The translations under genes were made by a program, and so were the position numbers. A model generated the notes under the pieces. It was not told the DNA's origin. It was given only the letters and a program-made list of their open reading frames with translations, and searched no databases. Below are positions 56,293 through 64,000 of a stretch of 64,000 nt of DNA, piece by piece. Origin of the DNA: Candidatus Dormiibacterota bacterium (GTDB taxonomy: Bacteria > Chloroflexota > Dormibacteria > Aeolococcales > Aeolococcaceae); assembly GCA_041691155.1 (NCBI GenBank), contig JBEPVD010000015.1, forward strand, positions 76 through 64,075, given 5' to 3'. Each line of letters starts with the position of its first letter. Position 1 is the first letter of the stretch.

Positions 56293-57869
56293 GCGACGAT
56301 CTCTGTCGCCGCGCGTCCGCCCGACTCCACCGCGCCGTCCAGGAATCCCTGGTTGTTGTTCGACGTGTGCTCGCCGGCGAAGTGAACCCGCCCGGCTGCC
56401 GACGCCGCAATCGCTCCGTAGGTCGCGTACTGGCCGACTTTGTAGAACGAGTACGCGCCCTTGACCCACGGGTCGCGGACCCAGTGATCCTCGTACGAGG
56501 CGCCCGTGAAGGCGGAACGCGTACCGGGAAAGATCGGCTCGATGCGGTCGAGCAACCAGTTCGTGTCCCTGGCCGGCGTCGGGCCGTGCGCGCCACCGGT
56601 GAGCGTGTTCCGCCCGACGTCAGCTCCCGGGAATGCAAGGAGGAGCGCCGGAGCGCCGTTCGGACCGAGCGGCACCGAGTCGTCCCAGCACACGTCGAAG
56701 CTGTCGTGCGAGGTATAGGCAACACCGCTGTACCCGTGCCGTGCCCAGGTCTTCTCCGCGACTTCGATGTGGATCTTCGCGTTGGAGCCCATGCCCATCG
56801 TGTCGATCACGCGCACTTTCTCGGCGCCGAATCCCGAGCGGCGGAGGTCGACCTCGCGCAGCAGCGTGAAGGGCAATGCGAGCGCCACGTAGTCGGCGGT
56901 CACATCTTTGGTCCCGCTGTCGACGTCGAACGTCAAGGTGTGCGACCCGTCGCTGTTCTCACAAAGCGCGACAAGGCGATGGCCCATCTCGATCGACCCC
57001 TGCGGCAGTTGCCCGGCCATGCCGTGCACCATCTGATCGTTGCCGCCGACGATGTGCCACTTCTCGTCGTACCCGGGCAACGGGTCCAGCGAGGTTCGCG
57101 GGTTCGCGCCGGTGAGCCCGATGAGGTCGAGCGCCGACTGCTCACCCGGGTCACCGCCGTTCCCCGACACAGTATTCGCGAGCATCAGCTGACCGAACCG
57201 TGAGGTGCTGCCGATAAGTGTCTCGTCGAGCCACTCGGGAGCCGAAAGCTGGTCCAGGCGCGCTGCACCGCGCACCGTGTTTCCTTCCTTGAGCGCGTGG
57301 TGGAATGCCTTGTAGCCGAAGTGCTCCCAGTCTGCACTCGCCTGTGCGTAGGTATATGCGCCGCCGTCGAACCAGTAGATCTCGGGAAGGCCCATGAGCT
57401 CGCCGCCGTTGAAATCCTCGAGCTCGAGCCCCAGCTCCGCGGCGAGATTCAGCGCCGCGACCTGATTGGAGTCGATGAATGCGCCGCCGTGCTCGGTGAT
57501 CAGCCCGTTGGAGAAGAAATCACGGAGCGACCAGCATCGCCCGCCGATCCGATCGGCCTGCCCTTCGTAGACCGTCGACTGCACATGGTGTCGTGTCCAG
57601 AGCACGTGGCTGCAGCGCAACCCGGCGAGGCCCGCGCCAACCACGGCGATACGCGGCTTCGTCCCTGTTGACGGTCGCGCCGCTGCGAGCGCACGGGTCG
57701 CGGCGGACCCGAGCGCAAACCCCGCTCCGGCTACCGCTGCCCCGGCGAGGAAGCGGCGGCGCGTCACCGGCCGGCTTGCAATCTTCTTCAGCTCGAGTTC
57801 CTCGAGCACCGCGTCCACCGGGAGAGCACGGGCTTCCGCTGACGCGTGGACAGCGAACAGATGCCGCAT
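56283..57869 (-). CDS. Tat-exported flavin-containing amine oxidase family protein
   Basis: ATG at 57869. Twin-arginine signal TRRRFLAGAAVAGAGF. FAD motif VVGAGLAGL..YEGQADRIGGR. C-terminal FAGEHTS. Its stop overlaps the CGNR gene end by 10 nt (convergent). Confidence 0.85.
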   Translation of the reverse strand: MRHLFAVHASAEARALPVDAVLEELELKKIASRPVTRRRFLAGAAVAGAGFALGSAATRALAAARPSTGTKPRIAVVGAGLAGLRCSHVLWTRHHVQSTVYEGQADRIGGRCWSLRDFFSNGLITEHGGAFIDSNQVAALNLAAELGLELEDFNGGELMGLPEIYWFDGGAYTYAQASADWEHFGYKAFHHALKEGNTVRGAARLDQLSAPEWLDETLIGSTSRFGQLMLANTVSGNGGDPGEQSALDLIGLTGANPRTSLDPLPGYDEKWHIVGGNDQMVHGMAGQLPQGSIEMGHRLVALCENSDGSHTLTFDVDSGTKDVTADYVALALPFTLLREVDLRRSGFGAEKVRVIDTMGMGSNAKIHIEVAEKTWARHGYSGVAYTSHDSFDVCWDDSVPLGPNGAPALLLAFPGADVGRNTLTGGAHGPTPARDTNWLLDRIEPIFPGTRSAFTGASYEDHWVRDPWVKGAYSFYKVGQYATYGAIAASAAGRVHFAGEHTSNNNQGFLDGAVESGGRAATEIVAQL

Positions 57870-57877
57870 CGCTGCTG

Positions 57878-57913
57878 TGAGTGGCGTGCGAGCCGAGCGG
57901 CGTCCGCCACTCA
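57878..57913. other. 9-bp perfect inverted repeat (tgagtggcg / cgccactca) with an 18-nt loop
   Basis: Read directly. It lies between the ABC-2 permease stop and the amine oxidase start. There is no U-tract, so it is not a canonical terminator. Confidence 0.3.
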
Positions 57914-58051
57914 AGCCACCGAATGGTGCACTCACCCCCGAGAACCCCCTGCCTCGCTGCCGATCGATCACCGTATCGCAGGATAGCCAACGCCGCAGAG
58001 TCACGGAAAGCGCCGCCAGTCTCAAGCCGTGCGCGTTTCCTCGGGCGCGGC

Positions 58052-58909
58052 TCAGACCTCCCGGCGCCGGAAACTCCAGACCGCACAGCCGACGACCGCG
58101 ATCACCCAGCACACCGCCCAGATCAGGAACGCGAGCGAGGGTGGCGACTGCACGAAGAAGGGGTTCCCGGCGCGCGCCCGCGTCGCCCCCAGGACGTCGC
58201 GGTACAGCACCGGTTCGAGCTCAAAGACGGATCCCCGCCAGAGTGCGTCGGTCGGCAGCAGCAGCTGGCTGGTGGTCCCTGCGTTGGAGATGCCCGCGTT
58301 CCCGAACACCTCACCGATCGCTCCGGCGACGCCGCCGATCCAGGCCAGAAAGAACAGGACGAGCGCAACCACACCGGCGGTCATTCCCGAGAGCAGCGTA
58401 CTCAGCAGCAACGCGAGCGACATCACGACGATACCCTCGCCGCTGAGATACGCGGCGAGCGCCACCGGTCCAGGCGGTACGTAGCTGGTGGTGAGCCCGA
58501 CGACGACGAGTTCGAGCGCTGTGGTCGCCGCGACGTAGATGACGATGAGCGCCGCGAGTCCAAGCCACTTGCCAAGCACGACCTGATAGCGACTCACCGG
58601 ACGCGCGAGCACCGCGAGGGCGACTCCCGACTCCAGTTCGCTCGAGATCGATGGCGACGCGACCACCACCGCGCTCAGGGCAAGGACGCCGCTGAACATG
58701 AATTCGACGAGGATGAGTACCTGCGACGTGGCAAGACGCAACTCCGACGCCGGAATCGGCGTGCCGTCGGAATTGGTGAGAGTCGTCAGATGCTGAAAGC
58801 CCCACCCCGTGAGCCCGATCACGATGATGGTGAGAATCGCGAGCGCCAGCAACAGCTTTCTTCTCGATGCCTCGCGAATCGTCAAGCGCGCGATGGTCAG
58901 CGCTGCCAC
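58052..58909 (-). CDS. ABC-2 family transporter permease
   Basis: 285-aa, six-TM protein. The GTG start overlaps the ATPase end by 13 nt. Confidence 0.8.
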   Translation of the reverse strand: MAALTIARLTIREASRRKLLLALAILTIIVIGLTGWGFQHLTTLTNSDGTPIPASELRLATSQVLILVEFMFSGVLALSAVVVASPSISSELESGVALAVLARPVSRYQVVLGKWLGLAALIVIYVAATTALELVVVGLTTSYVPPGPVALAAYLSGEGIVVMSLALLLSTLLSGMTAGVVALVLFFLAWIGGVAGAIGEVFGNAGISNAGTTSQLLLPTDALWRGSVFELEPVLYRDVLGATRARAGNPFFVQSPPSLAFLIWAVCWVIAVVGCAVWSFRRREV

Positions 58910-59856
58910 GCTCCGTCCTCCGCACCGAGCAGCGCCAGGAAGCGCTCTTCCAGCGTCTGACGCACCGGCTCCACCGCGTACACCCGCGCGCCGCCGGCGA
59001 CGACCTCGGCAACCAGCTCCGGCACCGTCGCTGCCTCGACACCGTCGACGACGACCCAGCCTTCGTTCTCGCTGACGTGACCGCGACGCGCGAGCGCGGT
59101 CCGCATCGGATCAGTGAATCCGGCCAGGCGCATGCGCACGCCGCCGGTGCCGAGAAGGTCGTCGAGTTTCCCGGTGGCGAGCACTCTGCCGTTGGACACG
59201 ATGGCCGCGCGATCGCAGACCTGCTCCACCTCGCCCAGCAGGTGCGAATTGAGGAATACAGCAGACCCGCGATCACGCAGCTTCCGGATGATGGTGCGGG
59301 TATCCGCCCGACCGACCGGATCGAGGGCGGACGTCGGTTCATCGAGGATGACGAGTTCGGGGTTGCCGATCAGCGCGACTCCCAGGCCGAGGCGTTGCTG
59401 CATCCCTTTCGAGAATGTCTGCACCTTGGCGTCCGCATGACCGATGAGGCCGACGGTCGCCAGGGCATCCTTGATCTCGCCGGGCCACAGCGGCCGCGCG
59501 ATGCCGGCGAGCTTGCAATGCAAAGCGAGCACCTCTCGAGCGCTCAACCAGCTCTGATAGCGAAACAACTCGGGCAGGTACCCCACCCGGCTTCGCGTTC
59601 CGCGGTCGCCTGCCGGCCGGCCCAAAACCCATGCCTCGCCACCGGTGGCACGCGTGAGACCGAGCAACAACTTGACCGCGGTCGTCTTGCCGCTGCCGTT
59701 CGGTCCGAGGAACCCGAACACCTCACCGCGAGGCACGACCATCGAAAGCCCGGAGAGCGCGACCTCGGAGCCGTAGTGCTTGGTGAGCTCCAGGGTCCGG
59801 ACCGCGGGCTCGTCGCCCGGCGGTGTCTCGCGGGACGTGATCGACCCGACCGCCAT
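58897..59856 (-). CDS. ABC transporter ATP-binding protein
   Basis: Walker A GPNGSGKTT, signature FSKGMQQRL, Walker B LVILDEPT. Its ATG shares one base with the anti-sigma stop (TGATG). Confidence 0.9.
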   Translation of the reverse strand: MAVGSITSRETPPGDEPAVRTLELTKHYGSEVALSGLSMVVPRGEVFGFLGPNGSGKTTAVKLLLGLTRATGGEAWVLGRPAGDRGTRSRVGYLPELFRYQSWLSAREVLALHCKLAGIARPLWPGEIKDALATVGLIGHADAKVQTFSKGMQQRLGLGVALIGNPELVILDEPTSALDPVGRADTRTIIRKLRDRGSAVFLNSHLLGEVEQVCDRAAIVSNGRVLATGKLDDLLGTGGVRMRLAGFTDPMRTALARRGHVSENEGWVVVDGVEAATVPELVAEVVAGGARVYAVEPVRQTLEERFLALLGAEDGAWQR

Positions 59857-60983
59857 CAGTGCACGGAACGCGCAACCGCGAGCGACTGATCCGCGCTGAG
59901 CGTTCCGGCGACCGCGTACACGATGTGATTGTGCTGCCAGAGCACTGCGCTGCCGATCCCTGTCGCATCTCCGATCAGCAATCCGGCGGAGCCGTTGATG
60001 TTCGCCGGGGAAGCGCTCGCGAGGTCAATGGGAATCGGCACCGGGATCGTCTGCTCGGGATCACCGAGCGCGCGGATCTCCGAGGCGACACCGGGCGGGA
60101 TACCAGGCAGCGACAGGATGTAGTGCTCGAGTTGCTCCACGGTGACTCCGGTGGAGGACACCATCGGTGTGCGCGATGCCACGACGACGAACGCGTCGCC
60201 GGAGGGAAGCCCACCGCCATGCAACAGCGCATTGATGTCAAAGCCGTATGACACTGCGACTGCCGGCGCAATCGTGACCGTCAGCGTACTGCCATCGAGA
60301 CCGGGGGGAAGTGGCGGCAACGGCTTGCCGGCCGAGGCGGCCGCGGCCCGGGCGAGCGCTGCGTCGAACCGGAACGACACGACTGTCCCCGAGATGTCGG
60401 CGTAGGTCGGTGCTGTCGTGATCCCTGCGGGGACACCGCCGATCGTCAGGGCCGGAAGTCCCGCACCCTCAGCTGCACTCGCCGCGTCTGGCTCTGGAGT
60501 GAAGTTGAGTGGCGACGAGCCCCCACTGACGGTGCCATAGCTGTCGAGTCCCGCGAGCGAACGGACATCCGCGCTCGTAACCGGAACGGCCGCAATTCGC
60601 GAAGGCTGGAACAGGCTGAGGAAGTCCTGCGCGCCACCCGTGGCCACGAGCAGCGCGCTCGCGACGCCGGCGACACCGACCCCCGCAAGGACACGACCGG
60701 CCAGCTGGTTGCGCGTGCGAACCGGTGCCACCCGTGCGTGGCGGGTGCCGGCACCGGGCGCGAGGGCCTCCGACCGCGCCAGGCGTTCATGCGCCGCGGC
60801 AACATCGACGGTCGCCCCAGGGAGCGCGAGCATCGACCAGGCGACGTGCGCATCCGAGCGCAGACGCTCCACTCGATGAGCGCAGCGCTCGCAGGTCGCC
60901 AGGTGCTGACGCTGCGCCGGGTCCAGTGCCACCGGCTCGTCCATCGAACGGCGAAGCGTTCCACTAGCTGGATGCATGCACAA
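59856..60983 (-). CDS. anti-sigma factor (zf-HC2 HxxxCxxC motif, one TM helix, large extracytoplasmic domain)
   Basis: HLATCERC motif ~27 aa from the N-terminus. TM helix VLAGVGVAGVASALLVA. ~250-aa Ala/Gly/Pro-rich external domain. The start is uncertain (60983, 60977 or 60944). Confidence 0.75.
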   Translation of the reverse strand: MCMHPASGTLRRSMDEPVALDPAQRQHLATCERCAHRVERLRSDAHVAWSMLALPGATVDVAAAHERLARSEALAPGAGTRHARVAPVRTRNQLAGRVLAGVGVAGVASALLVATGGAQDFLSLFQPSRIAAVPVTSADVRSLAGLDSYGTVSGGSSPLNFTPEPDAASAAEGAGLPALTIGGVPAGITTAPTYADISGTVVSFRFDAALARAAAASAGKPLPPLPPGLDGSTLTVTIAPAVAVSYGFDINALLHGGGLPSGDAFVVVASRTPMVSSTGVTVEQLEHYILSLPGIPPGVASEIRALGDPEQTIPVPIPIDLASASPANINGSAGLLIGDATGIGSAVLWQHNHIVYAVAGTLSADQSLAVARSVH

Positions 60984-61533
60984 TCTCCTTCCGCAGGCGC
61001 GCCTCTGCGCGCCGCAATCTTGTTCCCACGGCGTTCACGCCGATCCCCAGCGCCGAGGACATCTCCGCGTAGCTGAGACCGCTGTAACGCAGCGCGAGCA
61101 CCGTGGCCTGTCGTTTCGGGATGCGGGCCAGTGCATCCCGGAGGGTCTGTCCCGTCTCGGCCGCCTCGACCGCGCTGGTCGGGTCTTCGACGGCCCTCGG
61201 TTGGCGCGCGTACTGCTCCTCGCGGGTGGCGCGACGTCGATCGGTCCGGATCTTGTTGAGCGCCGTATGCGCAGCGGCGGTGCGCAGCCACGCGGGGGCG
61301 TTGGCGCCGGGGTCATCACCAAATCGTCGATGGAGATCGAGAAAGACCTCCTGCGCCACATCCTCGGCGGCGCTGGGATCGCCGAGTACGCGACGAGCGA
61401 TCGACGCGACTTTCGCGTACTCGTCGGCAAAGAGCCGATCGAACGGTGACGGCCTCGTTTCCCCCGCGGCGGGGCGGCCCGCTCCGGTCACGCGCTGCAA
61501 CTCGAAGGTCTGAACGGCTCGGTATTCGACCAC
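60964..61533 (-). CDS. ECF-type RNA polymerase sigma-70 family factor
   Basis: Region 2 (DVAQEVFLDLHRR) and region 4 HTH (ATVLALRYSGLSYAEMSSALGIGVNAVGTRLRRA). GTG start at 61533. Confidence 0.9.
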   Translation of the reverse strand: MVEYRAVQTFELQRVTGAGRPAAGETRPSPFDRLFADEYAKVASIARRVLGDPSAAEDVAQEVFLDLHRRFGDDPGANAPAWLRTAAAHTALNKIRTDRRRATREEQYARQPRAVEDPTSAVEAAETGQTLRDALARIPKRQATVLALRYSGLSYAEMSSALGIGVNAVGTRLRRAEARLRKEIVHASS

Positions 61534-61615
61534 ATCATGTCAGCACCACGGAGCTCCCATTTGTGACATCCAGGTTCGAAGGCCGGGCCGATCGTCCCAC
61601 TGAGTACCCTTCGGC

Positions 61616-63130
61616 GTGATGTCCGCCGCCGTTGGTCAACGGATTCGACGCATCACGCCGGGGCAGATCGTGGTGATCGCGGCCTTCGTGGTGATTCTCT
61701 GCGTGCTGGTCCGTCGAGGTGGCGACCCAGACGTGTTCTGGCACCTCATCACCGGTCAGTGGATGGTCGACAACCACCGGGTGGTGTCGCAGGACCTTTT
61801 CACGTTCACGGTCGCGGGCAAGCAGTGGATCGACCCCGAATACACGACCGAAATCATCACCTACCTGTTTTTCAAAGTCGGCGGCTTCACGGCCGTATCA
61901 CTCGGCTTCGGCGCCCTGACCTTCATCGCATTCCTGCTCATCTGGCGGCGGGTCCGTCTCGAGAGGACCAACCTGTTCATCGCCGCGCTGGTGATCGGCC
62001 TCGCCGCACTCGGCGGCGCCGCGGTCTGGGGCCCGCGCCCGCAGATGATCACGTTCACGTTCACGTGCCTCGAGTTGTTCTGGCTCGACCGCTACCTTCG
62101 CGGCACCTCGCGAGCGATCTACTGGCTCCCGCTGGTGATGATCGCGTGGGCCAATCTGCACGGCGGATTCCTCTTCGGCCTGGTGCCGGTCGGCGTTGCG
62201 GCGTTCGTGGAGGTCGTGCACTGGATCCGCCGCGTTGACGGCGATACGCACAAGCGGCGCACTCGCAATCTGGCGCTTATCTTTGTCGGGTGCGTGGCTG
62301 CGGCCGTGATCAATCCTCACGGCATTCACCTCTATGGATATGTGATCCAGCCGCAGTTCTCGGCCGTGCAGCAGCACTTCATCGCGGAATGGCAGTCACC
62401 GAACTTTCACGTCCTCGAGGAGCGCGGGTTCGAAGCGATGCTGCTTCTGTTGCCCGTCGCGTTCGTTTTGCGCCGCCCGTCGTTGTGGGAAGTCTGCCTC
62501 ACGGCTGTCGTCACCTACGCGGCGCTCTCGGCGGTTCGCCATTCCGCACTGTTCATCGCCGCCGAAGCGCCGCTGCTCATCTGGTCGTTCACGGCCGGGT
62601 GGGAACGGATGGCACTCGCGCGCCCCATCCAAGACTGGCTCGCACCCCGGACCGCAGCGTTACTCGGCGGCGCGGTTGCCGTCCTGGTGATTGCGGTCGC
62701 AGGAACCGGGGTGTTCGTTCATTCGACGCTGTCCAACCAGGCCGAGGCGACCACGAAAAACTTCCCGGTCGGTGCCACGGACTGGCTTGTGGCGCACCCG
62801 ACTGTCGGCACGCACATGTTCAATCAATACGGTTGGGGTGGTTACCTGATCAATCGCCTGTATCCCACCGTCAACCGGCGTGTGTTCTCGTTCGGGGAGG
62901 CGACCCTCCTCGGCAACACGGTGATGCAGCAGGTCAGCGATGTCGAGACGGGCGATCCGGACTGGCAGCAGATCTTTGCTGAGTACCGCATTGACTACGT
63001 CATCGATGTGCCAGGTGCACCCGCGGTGCTTGCCCTGGAGGTCGATCCGCAATGGACCAAGGTGTATGACGACGGCCTCGCCGTGATCATGGTGAAGAAC
63101 ACAGCGCTCGGCGCGCTGTCGACCGGCTGA
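61616..63130 (+). CDS. large polytopic membrane protein (GT-C/ArnT-like fold suspected)
   Basis: 504 aa with ~11 TM helices and a C-terminal soluble domain. Divergent from the ECF operon. The family assignment is weak. Confidence 0.6.
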   Translation: MMSAAVGQRIRRITPGQIVVIAAFVVILCVLVRRGGDPDVFWHLITGQWMVDNHRVVSQDLFTFTVAGKQWIDPEYTTEIITYLFFKVGGFTAVSLGFGALTFIAFLLIWRRVRLERTNLFIAALVIGLAALGGAAVWGPRPQMITFTFTCLELFWLDRYLRGTSRAIYWLPLVMIAWANLHGGFLFGLVPVGVAAFVEVVHWIRRVDGDTHKRRTRNLALIFVGCVAAAVINPHGIHLYGYVIQPQFSAVQQHFIAEWQSPNFHVLEERGFEAMLLLLPVAFVLRRPSLWEVCLTAVVTYAALSAVRHSALFIAAEAPLLIWSFTAGWERMALARPIQDWLAPRTAALLGGAVAVLVIAVAGTGVFVHSTLSNQAEATTKNFPVGATDWLVAHPTVGTHMFNQYGWGGYLINRLYPTVNRRVFSFGEATLLGNTVMQQVSDVETGDPDWQQIFAEYRIDYVIDVPGAPAVLALEVDPQWTKVYDDGLAVIMVKNTALGALSTG

Positions 63131-63214
63131 CCTCGTTCCGCACACCACCGGCCGTCGAGCGGCTGGTAGCAACGCAGCCGGTGACGCCCTCTCGACTCGA
63201 TGCGCTCTGGGAAG

Positions 63215-64000
63215 ATGGCGCCGGTGATCACCTCGCCGTCGCACCCTGCCTTGCGAGACGCCGCGCCGTCGGTGTTCTGGCTCGACGACCCCGACGCACC
63301 GACGCCGGCGCCGCGCCTCGAAACGCACACCGACTGCGATCTGGCCGTCGTCGGCGCCGGGTTCACCGGGTTGTGGGCCGCGTTCCTGGCGAAGGAGCGC
63401 GAGCCATCCCGTGACATCGTGGTCCTCGAGGGACGAACTGCCGCCGCCGCCGCGTCCGGTCGAAACGGCGGCTTCTGCGACGCAAGTCTCACGCACGGAT
63501 TCGCCAACGGGATGAGCCGCTTCGCCGGCGAGCTCGACACCCTCGACCGCCTCGGCATCGAGAACCTGAATGCCATTGAGGCCACGGTGCGCGAGCACGA
63601 CATTGACTGCAACTTCGAACGCAACGGGATGCTGGACGTCGCGACGGCGCCCTATCAATACGACGAGCTCACCGTGATGGCGACCGAAATGCGGGAGCAC
63701 GGTTACCGCGTCGACGTGCTCGACGCCGACGCCATGCGCGACCAGGTGGCCTCGCCGACGTATCACGGTGGCGCGTGGATTCACGACCAGACGGCAATCG
63801 TGAATCCCGCGCGACTCGCCTGGGGCCTGCGACGTCTGTGCATCGAGGCCGGCGTACGCGTCTACGACCACTCAGCGGTCACGAAGCTGCGCACCGAAGC
63901 TGATCGCGTGGTGCTCACCACCCGCCACGGGAGTGTCTCGACACGGCGAGTTTCCCTGGCCACCAACGCGGATCGTCCGTTGCTGGCCCGCCTGCGCCCA
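63215..64000 (+). CDS. FAD-dependent oxidoreductase (DAO family), 3'-truncated by the window end
   Basis: It is absent from the ORF track because no stop is reached. I translated 262 codons by hand without a stop. Dinucleotide motif DLAVVGAGFTGLWAA, followed by ASGRNGG. Confidence 0.8.
   Translation, partial: MAPVITSPSHPALRDAAPSVFWLDDPDAPTPAPRLETHTDCDLAVVGAGFTGLWAAFLAKEREPSRDIVVLEGRTAAAAASGRNGGFCDASLTHGFANGMSRFAGELDTLDRLGIENLNAIEATVREHDIDCNFERNGMLDVATAPYQYDELTVMATEMREHGYRVDVLDADAMRDQVASPTYHGGAWIHDQTAIVNPARLAWGLRRLCIEAGVRVYDHSAVTKLRTEADRVVLTTRHGSVSTRRVSLATNADRPLLARLRP

Noticed and set aside
61534-61615. ECF-type autoregulatory promoter (GGAAC-N16/17-CGT) upstream of the sigma gene.
   Set aside because: A CGAACC element exists, but the nearest CGT-like -10 is about 21 nt away. 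The spacing is wrong, so no promoter is called.
1-64000. Searched by eye for CRISPR-like regularly spaced repeats, rRNA or tRNA genes, transposases or integrases with terminal inverted repeats, and prophage genes.
   Set aside because: None were seen. The only direct repeats are the 18-bp tandem at 47840 and the 10-mers at 55629 and 55675. A proper tRNAscan, Infernal or IS search could still find small elements I missed.

Overview
This is a high-GC chromosomal segment. Its gene content looks actinobacterial: a mycothiol-type DinB/MDMPI enzyme, an LLM/F420-type oxidoreductase, WYL and CGNR regulators, lipoproteins, an apparent leaderless promoter and the classical menaquinone pathway. I call about 62 protein-coding genes, one frameshifted pseudogene and a few short repeats or palindromes. 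I saw no rRNA, tRNA, CRISPR array, transposase or integrase. Many long ORFs in the six-frame track are antisense or out-of-frame shadow ORFs typical of GC-rich DNA, and I rejected them. Thirteen adjacent gene pairs share 4-nt NTGA start/stop overlaps and two more share a 1-nt TGATG overlap, so most operons can be read straight from the sequence.

Main blocks:
- A redox operon (DinB-fold MDMPI, exported TlpA-type oxidoreductase, glutaredoxin::thioredoxin-reductase fusion) sits divergent to an NrtR-like degenerate Nudix regulator.
- A PadR plus DrrAB-like ABC module.
- A divergent DNA-repair locus. One arm is a possible small ORF, a 1155-aa Cas4-like nuclease / RNase-H-like / SF1 helicase protein and a DinB-TPR protein. 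The other arm is GNAT, WYL regulator, MsrB and RecQ. The two arms are separated by 54 bp holding a perfect 20-bp palindrome next to a leaderless-type -10 box. This is my best candidate for an uncharacterised system.
- A metal ABC importer operon that continues into an orphan LivK-type binding protein.
- A compact menaquinone cluster: menE, menBACD, menGF.
- MacB/FtsX-type, CDF and AzlCD transporters.
- An in-frame MetE-like::AlkZ/YcaQ DNA-glycosylase fusion whose junction is a G6 run that hides a TAG.
- An operon of ECF sigma, zinc-type anti-sigma and an ABC-2 transporter.

All functional calls rest on motifs I recognised by eye. No database search was run.
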